A stretch of DNA of 64,000 bases from NCBI GenBank assembly GCA_030700025.1, contig JAUYKI010000010.1, positions 16,648-80,647 on the forward strand, written 5' to 3'. Under the pieces are notes generated by a model. That model was not told the DNA's origin and did not search any database. It worked only from the letters and a program-made list of their open reading frames with translations. Positions 10,505-21,092 of the stretch are shown piece after piece. The translations under genes were made by a program, and so were the position numbers. Numbering within the stretch: the first letter of the stretch is position 1; each line of letters begins with the position of its first letter. This DNA is from a bacterium (GTDB lineage: Bacteria; Patescibacteriota; Minisyncoccia; UBA6257; 02-FULL-45-10c).

Positions 10505-11008
10505 TTAAGCTAAGAAAACTATTTTTTTGATTTGTTCAATTACGTCTTGATCGCCGGCGTCCGAAAAACTAATAGTCTGATGCGCGTAGGTTTGGTAAAG
10601 GTAATGCCTTTCCGTAAATAATCCTTCTAATCCCCAGCGCGCTAAACCGATAATCCCCCGCTCCAAAGGCTTGGGTCCCAAACGCTTTTTAACTTCTTCC
10701 AGCGGCAAATCCAAATAAAAAATTTGAGTTTCGGATTTTAATTTATTCATTGCCCGCGTGGAATAAATAATACTGCCGCCCGGAGCAAAAACCGTTTCCG
10801 CCAAATTCAAATCCAAAGACAATTCTTCTTCCAGTTCTAAAAATGCGGTGTCGCCGTTTTTGCCGATAAATTCCGCCGGCGCCAGGCCGGTTTTTTCTTG
10901 GATTAAAATATCCAGGTCCAGAAACTTCCAGCCCAAGCTATCGGCTAATTTTTTGCCGATAGTAGATTTTCCGGCGCCGGGCATGCCGATTAGGGTTATT
11001 CCCTTCAT
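10505..11008 (-). CDS. aroK: Shikimate kinase-like kinase
   Basis: LIGMPGAGKSTIG P-loop, DLD, GG motifs. Confidence 0.85.
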   Translation of the reverse strand: MKGITLIGMPGAGKSTIGKKLADSLGWKFLDLDILIQEKTGLAPAEFIGKNGDTAFLELEEELSLDLNLAETVFAPGGSIIYSTRAMNKLKSETQIFYLDLPLEEVKKRLGPKPLERGIIGLARWGLEGLFTERHYLYQTYAHQTISFSDAGDQDVIEQIKKIVFLA

Positions 11009-11009
11009 G

Positions 11010-11113
11010 AAATGCTAATATACTAATTCATACTAATTATACTAATATTCGTATGTGCCTATTCGTTAAGGCATTCGCATACTATTATTCGCATGTATTA
11101 GTATATTGGTATC
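11010..11113. repeat. TACTAAT/ATTCGTAT periodic repeat element (GxxExxY-associated family)
   Basis: Core GTATGTGCCTATTCGTTAAGGCATTCGCATAC is identical at about 36536, 62960 and inverted at 45963. Confidence 0.85.
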
Positions 11114-11116
11114 GCA

Positions 11117-12256
11117 TTACTTTAACTTCAAAAATCTCTTTTTACCAACTTGCAACAACGTTTCTTTTTCTATTTTTATATTTTTATTCAAATCCGATTG
11201 CGTTTCGCCGTTGATTTTAACTCCTCCCTGCTCAATTAACCGCCGCGCTTCGCTTTTACTTGATGCCAGTCCGACTTTCACAATTAAGTCTACTAGATTC
11301 CAGATTCTACTTTCTAGTTTCTTGACCGGTATATCCGTTGGCGCTTCGTGTTTGGAAAACACCCTGATAAATTCTTCCTTGGCTTCTTCCGCGGCTTTGG
11401 CGCTATGATACATGCCAACAATAATTTTTCCCAATTCTAATTTCGCTTCCCGCGGATCACCGATGGTTCTTTTTCCATCCGTGCAAAGTTCATAATATTG
11501 GCCGATCAGTTCATCGGGGACCGACATAATTTTACCGAACATCGCATTTGGCGCTTCGGTAATGCCGATATAATTTCCCAAAGACTTGGACATTTTTTTC
11601 ACGCCATCCAAGCCTACTAAAAGCGGGAGCATAACTACGTCTTGTTCGGCTTGATCGTATTTTCTTTGTAAACGCCGTCCCATCAAAAGATTAAATTTCT
11701 GATCCACGCCGCCAACTTCTATGTCGGCCTTAACCGCCACCGAATCATATCCCTGCAAAATCGGATAAAGCGCTTCAATCATGGTCACCTCCTGGCCGGC
11801 CTTAATTCTTTTTTGGAAGTCCTCCCGCTCCATAACTCTTTCCATAGATACATTTCCCATCAGCTCTAAAAGCAACTTCCATTTGCCTTCAAACCACTCG
11901 CTGTTATAGCGGATTTCTGTTTTTTTAATATCCAATACTTTTTTCGCCTGGTCTAAATAGGTTTTTAAATTTTGCTTAATTTCTTTATCAGAAAGCTGGG
12001 GGCGGGTTTTATCGCGGCCCGAAGGATCTCCGATTTTTGCGGTAAAATCGCCGATGATTAAAACGGCCTTGTGTCCGGCGTCCTGAAACTGGCGCAGTTT
12101 CCTTAACGGAACCGTATGGCCCAAATGCAAATCCGGCGCCGTTGGATCCACGCCCAATTTCACCCGCAGTTTCTTTCCGGACTTTAGCGCCTTTTCCAAA
12201 TGCTCCTTTTCTATGGCTTCTTCTACCCCTCGTTCCAAAAGATTCTTAATATCCAT
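11117..12256 (-). CDS. tyrS: Tyrosine--tRNA ligase
   Basis: GVDPTAPDLHLGH, GGVDQKFN, KMSKS, C-terminal S4 domain. Confidence 0.97.
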   Translation of the reverse strand: MDIKNLLERGVEEAIEKEHLEKALKSGKKLRVKLGVDPTAPDLHLGHTVPLRKLRQFQDAGHKAVLIIGDFTAKIGDPSGRDKTRPQLSDKEIKQNLKTYLDQAKKVLDIKKTEIRYNSEWFEGKWKLLLELMGNVSMERVMEREDFQKRIKAGQEVTMIEALYPILQGYDSVAVKADIEVGGVDQKFNLLMGRRLQRKYDQAEQDVVMLPLLVGLDGVKKMSKSLGNYIGITEAPNAMFGKIMSVPDELIGQYYELCTDGKRTIGDPREAKLELGKIIVGMYHSAKAAEEAKEEFIRVFSKHEAPTDIPVKKLESRIWNLVDLIVKVGLASSKSEARRLIEQGGVKINGETQSDLNKNIKIEKETLLQVGKKRFLKLK

Positions 12257-12342
12257 TGTTCTTATTTTAACTTAAAATATAAAAAACGAAAAACCCGCAT
12301 TGGCGGGCTTTCCTATTTTGATTATTAGTTATTGATTCTTGA

Positions 12343-12939
12343 TTATTTCTTCCCCGTCTTGATAATCTCGTCCACTACTCCATAATCTTTAGCTTCCGCG
12401 GCGGTTAAATGAAAATCTCGGTCGGTATCTCGTTCTATTTTAGCCAGCGGCTGACCGGTATGCTTAGCCAAAATTTGGCTTAACCGCTCCTTAATCCGCA
12501 AGATATGCTTGGCGGCAATTTCAATTTCCACCGCCTGGCCTTCCGCCCCGCCCATTACCTGGTGAAGCAAAATTTCCGCGTTCGGCAAAGCCACCCGCTT
12601 TCCTTTTTTTCCGGACGCCAAAAGCACCGCGCCCATAGAAGCCGCCATGCCCACGCAAATCGTGGAAACGTCCGGCTTGATATATTGCATAGTATCGTAA
12701 ATCGCCATGCCAGCGGTTACCGAACCGCCCGGAGAATTAATATAAAGCTTGATATCCCTTTTCGGATCTTCGTGTTCCAAAAATAAAAGCTGGGCAATTA
12801 CCGTATTGGCAACGCCATCGCTAATCGGGCCCGACAAAAAAACAATCCGTTCTTTTAAAAGACGCGAATAAATATCATAAGCCCGCTCGCCATTTTGGGT
12901 TTTTTCTATAACCGTAGGGATAAGGTATTCGTTTTCCAT
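12343..12939 (-). CDS. clpP: ClpP protease subunit (core copy downstream of tig)
   Basis: DIYSRLL, INSPGG, AASMG, HQ motifs; tig-clpP synteny. Confidence 0.96.
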   Translation of the reverse strand: MENEYLIPTVIEKTQNGERAYDIYSRLLKERIVFLSGPISDGVANTVIAQLLFLEHEDPKRDIKLYINSPGGSVTAGMAIYDTMQYIKPDVSTICVGMAASMGAVLLASGKKGKRVALPNAEILLHQVMGGAEGQAVEIEIAAKHILRIKERLSQILAKHTGQPLAKIERDTDRDFHLTAAEAKDYGVVDEIIKTGKK

Positions 12940-13058
12940 CCCGTTAGAGGCAGGTTGCCAAAGGCAACCGTAACTTGGCCGTTTTAATTACAATCGACAT
13001 ATTTATATTTTGAATTTTGATTATCATAATTTATTTTGTTTAGTTGCCTCTAACGGGA
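12939..13058. mobile_element. MITE-like element, TCCCGTTAGA family, copy 2
   Basis: TIRs TCCCGTTAGAGGCA/TGCCTCTAACGGGA; TTCCA direct repeat on both flanks. Confidence 0.8.
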
Positions 13059-13068
13059 TTCCATTCCT

Positions 13069-13215
13069 TTACTTTTTGTGCTGTCTTTTGGCAAATTCCT
13101 CTAATTCTTCCTCGGTTACCGGCGCGTCCGCTTCCCGGAATTTTTCAACTTTTTCCGGAGTCATTGCCGGATCAATAGTCGGCTTAACTTCTTTTGGTGA
13201 AAATTTTTCTGGCAT
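13069..13215 (-). CDS. Small charged protein, 48 aa (MPEKFSPKEVKP...), not in the ORF track
   Basis: Open frame co-oriented between tig and clpP. Confidence 0.55.
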   Translation of the reverse strand: MPEKFSPKEVKPTIDPAMTPEKVEKFREADAPVTEEELEEFAKRQHKK

Positions 13216-13276
13216 AGTTTTATTTTAATTAATTTTTATAATTTCGTAGATTCGTACTCTTTCGTATTTAGTAGCT

Positions 13277-14533
13277 TTATTTTAATGACCCTAGATATTC
13301 AAAAACTTTTCTATTCTGAATTATACCATAAATATAGTCATAAAGCCGCTGGAGGTCAATTTGTTTTTCGGCCGACTTCCGGTTTAACTGCGAGCGCGCT
13401 AAAAATTTATCGGATTCGGCTTTGACTTCTTCGGGGGTCGGGTCCAACCTCTCTTCTTTGGCAATTTGATAAAGGATTAAATTATCCTTTACGTTAATTT
13501 CCGCGGCCTCTTGGAGATGCTGGCGGATTTCTTCTTTGTTTTTCGTGGCTCCGGCCATGGCCTGGTATTCCGCCGCCATATTATCCATAGTTTTATCCAC
13601 CATAATCCGGGGCAAATCAAAAGCTGAGCTCTTCCGGATTTCTTCCAAAACTTTCAATTGGGATTTTTCTTTTTCTTTTGCCTCTTTTTCTTTTTGCAAT
13701 CCGGTCCGGATGCTTTTTTTCAAATCTTCCACATTTTCAAATTTCCCCAAACTTTTCGCGAACTCATCGGTTAACTCCGGTAATTCCCGGGCAAACACTC
13801 CTTTGATTGTCACTTTAAAATCCACTTTTTGATCCCGCAGGCTTTCTTCCCAATAATCTTTTGGAAAAGTAACGGAAAATTCCACGCTCTCGCCCTCTTT
13901 ATGTCCCGCGATATTTTCTTCAAATCCAGGAATAAATTTTCCTTCGCCTAAAATAAATTTGTCGTTTTCGTTACTCATTTGATCTACCACTTTCCCGTCC
14001 CGCAAGCCGATATATTCCATTTCCACCACATCTCCTTTTTGAGCCGGCCGGTCAGCCAGGACTTCCTTCGCCCGGGAATTCAAAATCCACTTCAAAGAAT
14101 CTTCCGCTTCCTGGTCACTGACTACCACCGGTTTTTGATTTTTTAAAACATTTTCAGCGATCTTTTTATAATTTCCCAAATTTATTTCCGGAAAAACCGT
14201 TAACGTCGCCTTAAATTTTAAGCCGGCAGGATTTTTCGGATCCTCAATAACTTCAATTTTCGGCTGGTCAATCAGCTTCCAGTCATTTTCTTTGGTAAGC
14301 TCCTGCAGTTTTTCCCGGACAATCTGATTTACGGCTTCTTCAAAAACTTTTTCCTGATTAACTGCCTGGCTCGCCATTTCTTTTGGCGCGGCGCCCGGCC
14401 GGAATCCTTTTAGATGGACAGAATTAAGCGCCTGATCATAAATCGGCTGATAATATTCCACAAACTCTTTTTGGTCTAAAACCACTTCCAGCTCAATTTG
14501 GGAATTGGGAAGTTTCTTAAATGAGTGCTTCAT
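13277..14533 (-). CDS. tig: Trigger factor
   Basis: GFRPGAAP ribosome-binding motif, FKBP domain (FIPGFEE). Confidence 0.95.
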   Translation of the reverse strand: MKHSFKKLPNSQIELEVVLDQKEFVEYYQPIYDQALNSVHLKGFRPGAAPKEMASQAVNQEKVFEEAVNQIVREKLQELTKENDWKLIDQPKIEVIEDPKNPAGLKFKATLTVFPEINLGNYKKIAENVLKNQKPVVVSDQEAEDSLKWILNSRAKEVLADRPAQKGDVVEMEYIGLRDGKVVDQMSNENDKFILGEGKFIPGFEENIAGHKEGESVEFSVTFPKDYWEESLRDQKVDFKVTIKGVFARELPELTDEFAKSLGKFENVEDLKKSIRTGLQKEKEAKEKEKSQLKVLEEIRKSSAFDLPRIMVDKTMDNMAAEYQAMAGATKNKEEIRQHLQEAAEINVKDNLILYQIAKEERLDPTPEEVKAESDKFLARSQLNRKSAEKQIDLQRLYDYIYGIIQNRKVFEYLGSLK

Positions 14534-14539
14534 GATAGA

Positions 14540-14785
14540 TTAGTTTTCTTTTTTCTCAAGAAGTTTTTGATCTTCTGGCAATTGTTTCCTTTTTTCTGCT
14601 TTTCTTTCAATCTTCTTTATAGGTAATTCTTCCAATGCTAAGGGTCGTACTCCCGCTTTTTCCATTTCTTTCATAATTTCTTCTACCGTCATCGGCTTTG
14701 TAGGACGCCATATTTCTATGTCCTCTGGATTAACCACCTTTTTCTTTTCAAATTCTTTTTTTCTTGGAACGGGTAAATTTTCCAT
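14540..14785 (-). CDS. Small charged hypothetical protein
   Basis: ORF fills the hppA-tig gap, co-oriented. Confidence 0.6.
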   Translation of the reverse strand: MENLPVPRKKEFEKKKVVNPEDIEIWRPTKPMTVEEIMKEMEKAGVRPLALEELPIKKIERKAEKRKQLPEDQKLLEKKEN

Positions 14786-14794
14786 AAGTAGTTT

Positions 14795-16768
14795 TTACAA
14801 AAACGGAACAATTAAAAGCGCAACGATGTTGATTACCTTAATCAGCGGATTAATTGCCGGACCGGCAGTGTCCTTATACGGATCGCCGACAGTGTCGCCG
14901 GTAACCGCGGCTTTATGGGCGTCTGATCCCTTTCCGCCGAAATTTCCGTCTTCAATATATTTTTTGGCATTATCCCAGGCAGCTCCGCCGGCAGTCATGG
15001 AGAGCGCGATAAATAATCCGCCGACAATGGTGCCGATCAAAAATCCTCCCAATGCCTTAGGTCCCAATAACAAACCCACCGCCAATACCGAAATAATCGG
15101 AATTAAAGCCGGCACAATCATTTCTTTTAAAGCTGCCTTAGTGACAATATCCACTGCCCGGCCGTAATCCGGCTTGGCTTTATATTCCATAATTCCAGGA
15201 ATTTCCCTGAATTGCCGACGAACTTCCTCCACTACCGCGCCCGCCGCCTTTCCTACCGCCTTAATAGATATAGAAGCGAACCAGTAAGGAACCGCTGCTC
15301 CCAAAATCAAACCAACCAAAACTAATGGATTTTGAAGCTCAAAGGCCACGTCCTTGCTTAACTTGGTCAATTCATCCACATAACTGGAAAATAAAACTAA
15401 AGCGGCTAAACCCGCGGAAGCAATCGCGTATCCTTTAGTAACCGCTTTCGTGGTATTGCCGACTGCGTCCAAAGAATCGGTAATTTTCCGGACTTCTTCC
15501 GGAGCATTAGTCATTTCCGCGATACCGCCGGCGTTATCCGTAATCGGGCCGAAAGAATCAATGGCCACCACCATTCCCGCGACTGAAAGCATTGCGGTTG
15601 CCGCCATGGCCACGCCATAAATCCCCGCTAAATAAAAACTGCCTAAAATTGCTCCAACAATTATCAAAGCCGGAACTAAAGTAGATTCCATGCCAACCGA
15701 AATTCCCATAATAATATTAGTGCCGTGTCCGGAGCGCGATGCTTCCGCGATGGATTTCACCGGCCGGAAAGATTTGGAAGTATAATAATCAGTTATCAAA
15801 ACCATCAGAACCGTGGTAACCAATCCAACTAACGCGCTCAAATAAATGCTCCAGGTATTATCCGGAAAATAATATTTAGTCGCCGGATAAAACAACACGG
15901 CCGAAAGTCCCAAAGAAACCGCCAATCCTTTATAAAGCGCGCCCATGATATTTTTACCGGAACCGATTTTTACAAACCAGCTTCCGATTAACGAAGAAAT
16001 AATCGCCAAACCGCCTAAAATTAAAGGAAAAATTACTTGCGGGCTCTGCAAACTGCCGGACTGTAAATATCCCAAAAGCATCGTGGCGGTTAAAGTTACC
16101 GCGTAAGTTTCAAAAAGGTCCGCGGCCATGCCCGCGCAATCTCCGACATTGTCTCCGACATTATCGGCAATCACTCCGGGATTTCTCGGATCGTCTTCCG
16201 GAATGCCGGCTTCCACCTTGCCGACTAAATCCGTTCCGACGTCGGCAGCTTTAGTAAAAATTCCGCCTCCCAGCCGGGCGAAAATAGAAATCAAACTGGC
16301 GCCAAATCCCAAACCAATTAAACCGCGCACGTCTTGCGTCAAAATATAAAATCCGGCCACCGATAAAAGTCCCAAAGAAACTACCAAAAAGCCGGTAACC
16401 GCGCCGGATTTAAACGCCAGCGATAAAGCGGCGTTCAAGCCGGACTTGGCTGCCTCCGCGGTTTTGGAATTAGCGCGCACCGCCACATTCATGCCGATAT
16501 AACCGGCAACCGCCGAAGCAATAGCGCCGACTAAAAATCCGACTGCCGATAAAACTCCCAGCCAATAATAAATCGCCAAAGCCAAAACAACGGCAACTAC
16601 GGCAACAGTTTTATACTGCCGATTCAAATATGCCTGTGATCCGGCTTGAATGGCTTTAGAAATTTCCACCATTTTTTCATTGCCGCTAGATTGGCCCTTG
16701 AGCCAAATCATGACGTAAAAACTATAAATAATTGATAAGAAAACTGGTCCGAAAATTAAATAATTCAT
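14795..16768 (-). CDS. hppA: Membrane-bound pyrophosphatase, probably K+-independent H+-PPase
   Basis: [33 protein letters not shown] (Lys form), [10 protein letters not shown]. Confidence 0.95.
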   Translation of the reverse strand: MNYLIFGPVFLSIIYSFYVMIWLKGQSSGNEKMVEISKAIQAGSQAYLNRQYKTVAVVAVVLALAIYYWLGVLSAVGFLVGAIASAVAGYIGMNVAVRANSKTAEAAKSGLNAALSLAFKSGAVTGFLVVSLGLLSVAGFYILTQDVRGLIGLGFGASLISIFARLGGGIFTKAADVGTDLVGKVEAGIPEDDPRNPGVIADNVGDNVGDCAGMAADLFETYAVTLTATMLLGYLQSGSLQSPQVIFPLILGGLAIISSLIGSWFVKIGSGKNIMGALYKGLAVSLGLSAVLFYPATKYYFPDNTWSIYLSALVGLVTTVLMVLITDYYTSKSFRPVKSIAEASRSGHGTNIIMGISVGMESTLVPALIIVGAILGSFYLAGIYGVAMAATAMLSVAGMVVAIDSFGPITDNAGGIAEMTNAPEEVRKITDSLDAVGNTTKAVTKGYAIASAGLAALVLFSSYVDELTKLSKDVAFELQNPLVLVGLILGAAVPYWFASISIKAVGKAAGAVVEEVRRQFREIPGIMEYKAKPDYGRAVDIVTKAALKEMIVPALIPIISVLAVGLLLGPKALGGFLIGTIVGGLFIALSMTAGGAAWDNAKKYIEDGNFGGKGSDAHKAAVTGDTVGDPYKDTAGPAINPLIKVINIVALLIVPFL

Positions 16769-16810
16769 ATTTTAGAAATTAGAGATTAGTAATTAATAAT
16801 TTTATGACTT

Positions 16811-18055
16811 TCATTCTTCGGATTTTTCTTTATCTTCCGAAGCTTCTTTGGCTTCCTTTTCTATTGCTGCCGCGACTCCGCCTTCCTGAACTTCTTCCGG
16901 ACGAGCCTGCGAACGGACATCAATTTTCCAACCGGTTAATTTAGCGGCTAAACGGACATTCTGCCCGCCCCGGCCGATTGCCAAACTCAATTGGTCTTCC
17001 GGAATAAAAACTTTAGCGTCCCGGCGCGGAGAAATTTCCACGGATTTTACTTTTGCCGGAGATAAAGAATTGGAAATAAATTTTTCCGCATCGTCCGACC
17101 ATTCAATAATATCAATTTTTTCCTGTCCCAGCTCATTACTGACGGACATTACCCGCGTGCCTCTTTGGCCGACGCAAGATCCAACCGGATCCACTCCGTC
17201 CGCGGTAGAAGCTACCGCGATTTTTGTCCGGCTTCCCGGCTCTCTGGCAATACCTTTAATTTCTACGATTCCTTCGGCAATTTCCGGAACTTCCAATTCA
17301 AAAAGCTTGCTGACGAATTTCGGATGCGACCGGGAAAGAATAATGCCCGGCACTTTGCTGTCTTCCTGAACCGCCACGATATAAAACCGCATCCGGTCTC
17401 CGGATTTATAATGTTCGCCGGGGATGGATTCGTTATAAAACATAACGCCGGTGGCTCTTCCTAAGTCAACAAAAACATTTCCGCGGTCAAACCGCTGGAT
17501 TACGCCGCTGATAATTTCTCCTTCCTTGCTTTGAAATTCATGGATTACCGAAATCCGTTCCGCTTCCCGCAATTTCTGTAAAACTACCTGTTTGGCAGTT
17601 TGCGCGGCAATCCGGCCGAAGTCATCGTGAGTTTCCAAAGGAAATTCCAATTCTTCTTCTAAAGCAACGCCTTTCTTAATTTTCTTAGCTTCTTCCAGAA
17701 AAAGATGGCGATCCGGATTATAACGGGGCAATTTGCCTTCTTCGTCTTCAAAAGATTCCGGCGCTTCCCGTTCTACACGCTTGGAAACTGCTCCAACTTC
17801 TTCCACCGGCACTTCTTCCGTCTCTTCTACTATTCTTACTGTAGATTCATCCACCACGGTCTTTACCTGCCAAAACTTAAGGCTGCCGGTTTTTAAATCA
17901 AACTTGCATTTAATAATTTCTCCTTTTTTGCCGTATTCCTTTTTATAAGCAGCGGCAATAGACGATTCAATCGCCTCTAAAATCTGATTGGGCTCAATGC
18001 CTTTTTCTTCGGCAATCTGCTCAATCGCTTTTTTTAATGTTTTTAAATCAAACAT
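16811..18055 (-). CDS. nusA: Transcription termination factor NusA
   Basis: FGRIAAQTAKQ, S1 and KH domains, LAIGRGGQNVRLA. Confidence 0.97.
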   Translation of the reverse strand: MFDLKTLKKAIEQIAEEKGIEPNQILEAIESSIAAAYKKEYGKKGEIIKCKFDLKTGSLKFWQVKTVVDESTVRIVEETEEVPVEEVGAVSKRVEREAPESFEDEEGKLPRYNPDRHLFLEEAKKIKKGVALEEELEFPLETHDDFGRIAAQTAKQVVLQKLREAERISVIHEFQSKEGEIISGVIQRFDRGNVFVDLGRATGVMFYNESIPGEHYKSGDRMRFYIVAVQEDSKVPGIILSRSHPKFVSKLFELEVPEIAEGIVEIKGIAREPGSRTKIAVASTADGVDPVGSCVGQRGTRVMSVSNELGQEKIDIIEWSDDAEKFISNSLSPAKVKSVEISPRRDAKVFIPEDQLSLAIGRGGQNVRLAAKLTGWKIDVRSQARPEEVQEGGVAAAIEKEAKEASEDKEKSEE

Positions 18056-18067
18056 ACGCTATAAATT

Positions 18068-18136
18068 AATAAAATGTCCGCTCGACAGCGGACTTCAATC
18101 TGTTTCCAGTATATAGGATAAGTAAGGGCTTGTCAA
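18068..18136 (-). promoter_or_regulatory. nusA promoter and leader hairpin (possible attenuator)
   Basis: TTGACA-17-TATACT, then a GTCCGCT/AGCGGAC hairpin and T-tract before the ATG. Confidence 0.6.
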
Positions 18137-18476
18137 TGGTCTCGGTTATATCTCTTTACGGAAACAGAATAACTGCTTCGCCGAATCTCTTTCCTCAACC
18201 TCTCATTCGGAAAACCTTATTCTCCCGCTACCGTTCGTCCTCCCAGCGTGAGGACTCACTGGCTCGTCGGCCTCGCTCTGTCCCGCTTCGCGGGACAACC
18301 ATGCCCGCTCGGCCTCCGGCCGCGCTACGGAGAATAAGGATTTCCTCATTTTTATTATTTTATTAACCGAGCTAATCGGTTCGCTTGGGTTTCGGTAAAG
18401 AGATATCGGCCTTCGCTTTAAAATAGTTTGTATATAATTGCGGGATGTTCCCTTAAAGGGGTATAACCTCGACTTT
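18132..18476. repeat. Nested palindromic element; outer arms homologous to 25410-25597
   Basis: GGTCTCGGTTATATCTCTTTACGGAAACAGAATA and GCGGGATGTTCC...ATAACCTCG match the reverse complement of the rpsA upstream region. Confidence 0.75.
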
Positions 18477-18542
18477 GGATTTTAAAACGTGGGGCTAATC
18501 CCCATAAAAAAATTCCCCTCGATTTTCATCGAGGGGGGTAGT

Positions 18543-18680
18543 TCACCCACAGGAACGGGGGCCGGTCATGGTCAGGACAAAGGGCAGGGCAATGAGCAGA
18601 AGGATCATCGCGCCCATCACGCCCACCATCACCCAGGCGACTTTCTGGCTCACCTTCTTCTTGTTCAGATACCTCAGCAT
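18543..18680 (-). CDS. Small membrane protein (MLRYLNKKK...)
   Basis: AAGGAGG SD before the ATG at 18680; one TM. Confidence 0.65.
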   Translation of the reverse strand: MLRYLNKKKVSQKVAWVMVGVMGAMILLLIALPFVLTMTGPRSCG

Positions 18681-18699
18681 GTGCAGCCTCCTTGTTAGC

Positions 18700-18894
18700 T
18701 TACTTTGGGCCCGAGACTGATGAGCTCGGACATTTCTTGAGGTCGTGTGACACAAGACCGACCAAAAGACCGATCAGATATCCGAGGAAAGAACAGATGC
18801 CCATTGCCGCAAACGATTCATTAGGAGTTATCGGAAATCTGAACACGTAGGGCAAAAACATGGCAACTATCAATCCGATACCGTACTTAAGCAT
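18700..18894 (-). CDS. Small membrane protein (MLKYGIG...)
   Basis: GAGGAGG SD; two TMs. Confidence 0.65.
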   Translation of the reverse strand: MLKYGIGLIVAMFLPYVFRFPITPNESFAAMGICSFLGYLIGLLVGLVSHDLKKCPSSSVSGPK

Positions 18895-19020
18895 GGTAAT
18901 CCTCCTCACACTTTTAAGTTACTATATCTAGTATAGCATACTATATCAGTCTTGTCAATAGCACCTTAGGCCCGCCCCCTAAAACCCATCCCTTCTCCCC
19001 ACAAAATATAAAACCCCCGT

Positions 19021-19380
19021 TTAGTTGGGGGCTGGGGATTTCGTAACCAGGTTGGTAATATAAAACTTCAAAATCTCTTTTTGCTGGTCGCTCAATTTAG
19101 CCCAAAGCGTATCCTCCAGGAACAAAACTTCTTCTTCCGACAGGTCGTCAAACAGAAAATGCAGGGCCTCATGAAGCAGAACCTTAGCCAAGGCGTCTGG
19201 GCTTTGATTACGCGAGGTGCTTAAATAGATTTCGTCATCTTTTAATAATCCACAAAGATCCACTCCGTCGTCCTGGACCCTCTCTTGAAGATGAATCTCG
19301 TCTATATCCTCGTTTAGGGCTTCAATAACTTTTTTAAAGAACCAGTCGACTAACTTGTCCCCAGTCGCTATGTTTTTCAA
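19021..19380 (-). CDS. Acidic HEXXH protein, putative zinc metallopeptidase
   Basis: LLHEALH motif; GGGAGG SD; TTG start. Confidence 0.6.
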   Translation of the reverse strand: MKNIATGDKLVDWFFKKVIEALNEDIDEIHLQERVQDDGVDLCGLLKDDEIYLSTSRNQSPDALAKVLLHEALHFLFDDLSEEEVLFLEDTLWAKLSDQQKEILKFYITNLVTKSPAPN

Positions 19381-19463
19381 TTTATCCTCCCGAATCCCAA
19401 TCTTTAACTAAAGATTGCAACAAAACCCCCAAAAAGACAATATGCAGACTTCTATAATTAAAA

Positions 19464-19844
19464 CTAAAGATTTTCAAAATACTTAATTAACGGCTCTTTG
19501 CCGTTAATTAAAGTAATAGCGATTAAATCTATGCGCCATCCCCTTTCGTCGTTTACGAGATTGGGATTCTGGTTAGCATACAAAATGGCGGTTCTTTGTA
19601 ATTTTTGTAATTTGGCGGCAGTAAGATTGTCTTCCGGATTTAATTCGGCAATTGCCGGATTGCCGGATTCTTTCATGGTTTTTACTTCAACAATGACTAA
19701 TGTCTTGTCTGGCGCCATAGCAATGACGTCCAACTCGCCCCATGGCTTTCTAAAATTCCGTTCAATAACCGTGAAACAATGTTTCACAAGGTATTCACAA
19801 GCAAGATCTTCTCCAAATTTTCCAACTTCGGATTTATGCGTCAT
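19464..19844 (-). CDS. yraN: YraN family PD-(D/E)XK nuclease
   Basis: GKFGEDLA, ERNFR..WGELDVIA, VEVKT, RIDLIAI. Confidence 0.9.
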   Translation of the reverse strand: MTHKSEVGKFGEDLACEYLVKHCFTVIERNFRKPWGELDVIAMAPDKTLVIVEVKTMKESGNPAIAELNPEDNLTAAKLQKLQRTAILYANQNPNLVNDERGWRIDLIAITLINGKEPLIKYFENL

Positions 19845-19887
19845 TGACCAAATGTTAAACAAAAACACAGTGTTTTACAAATAAAAT

Positions 19888-20350
19888 TGTTTCACGTGTT
19901 ACAAAATTATCTAAATAGGCTCAAATCTTTACAGATGTTTCACATTTAGTGTGAAACATTGGTAATGAAATAAGCCTAAAGTATCAAAATTGTTTCGCGT
20001 GAAACTTTTTCACTCAGCCGAACCACCTCTCCTCAACCCGCTTCGCTCGTCCAGCGACTCGCTCGCTTGTACTCGCCGCCTTGCCGTTCAAGGAGTTTAC
20101 GCCCCATAACGAACGGACCCTGCCAAGGCGGCTGCGTGGGTATCGGATAAGTGGTGTCGGCATCGCCCTGTGATTAAAAATTAGGATCGCTTATCAAATC
20201 AAAAGTTTCACGTATTACAAAATTACCCAAATAGGCTCAAGTCTAGCACCAATGTTTCACGCTTTTAGTGTGAAACATTATTTTAGTACCCAAAATAAGG
20301 CAATTTGGCCTAATCCGGCAAGACGAATGTTTCACAAAAGTGTTTCACGC
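19888..20350. repeat. Cluster of parS-like GTTTCAC/GTGAAAC sites with an approximately 70-bp direct repeat
   Basis: TGTTTCACGTGTTACA at 19888, TGTTTCGCGTGAAACT at 19991, further half-sites. Confidence 0.6.
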
Positions 20351-20509
20351 CGACACACCTCCTTCTATCTATATCAACCGATAACACCCTTTCCAACGAA
20401 GAAGAGAGGGTTTTTCTATATTGACATTTAATCCTAAATATGATATCATCATATTTAGTTCAGATTTAGTTCAGACTTGATAGTTAAATAACTGCTAGGA
20501 GGAACTGCA

Positions 20510-20950
20510 ATGGACAAGGCGATTCTGTACGCGTTGGTTGCGGCAATCTGCTACGGCCTGGGAAGTCCGCTTTTCAAAATGGCGTCCAACAACGGCGCTT
20601 CCGGATCTGGTGTTTCGCTGATGTACGGAATCGCGGCAACGCTTCTCTGCTACTTCGGCGGACAAACCACATTCTTCGGAACCGGCAAGGGTTTTGCTTT
20701 TGCCGGCATGACCGGACTGGCTTTCGGCGTCGCGCTCTTTGCAATCAGTAAGGCAGTGGCAATGCCAACGGGCTATGTTTCGCTCATCGGAGTAATCGTG
20801 GCTGCGTATCCGCTGATCAGTACGGCGATCGGATTGATCTTTCTCGGCGAAGCCGACAAGTTCAAGCTCACGCCCCTGCTGATCGGTTCCGCGTTAGTAG
20901 TGGCCGGCCTCGCGCTTATCACCATGAGCGCCAAAGAGGGAAGCCACTAG
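20510..20950 (+). CDS. EamA/DMT family small transporter
   Basis: AILYALVAAICYG, YPLIST..G.IFLGE, hydrophobic throughout; AGGAGG SD. Confidence 0.8.
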   Translation: MDKAILYALVAAICYGLGSPLFKMASNNGASGSGVSLMYGIAATLLCYFGGQTTFFGTGKGFAFAGMTGLAFGVALFAISKAVAMPTGYVSLIGVIVAAYPLISTAIGLIFLGEADKFKLTPLLIGSALVVAGLALITMSAKEGSH

Positions 20951-21005
20951 AATTCCGAACCGTCCGATTGGAGAGATCCGAAAGGACGGTTTTTTATTAT
21001 TCGTG

Positions 21006-21077
21006 TGCCCTTGCTAGGAATTGAACCTAGAGCTCGACGTTCGAAGCGTCGCGTGATATCCATTTCACTACAAGGGC
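21006..21077 (-). tRNA. tRNA-Arg(TCG)
   Basis: Cloverleaf GCCCTTG/CAAGGGC, loop CT-TCG-AA. Confidence 0.93.
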
Positions 21078-21092
21078 AATTTTAATGTAACT

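Noticed and set aside
11010-11113. CRISPR array in the TACTAAT/ATTCG repeats or the GTTTCAC cluster
   Set aside because: No constant 23-47 bp repeats with unique spacers, and no cas genes in the window.
18130-18366. 78-aa ORF upstream of nusA
   Set aside because: It is a translation of palindromic repeat DNA, with no translation signals.
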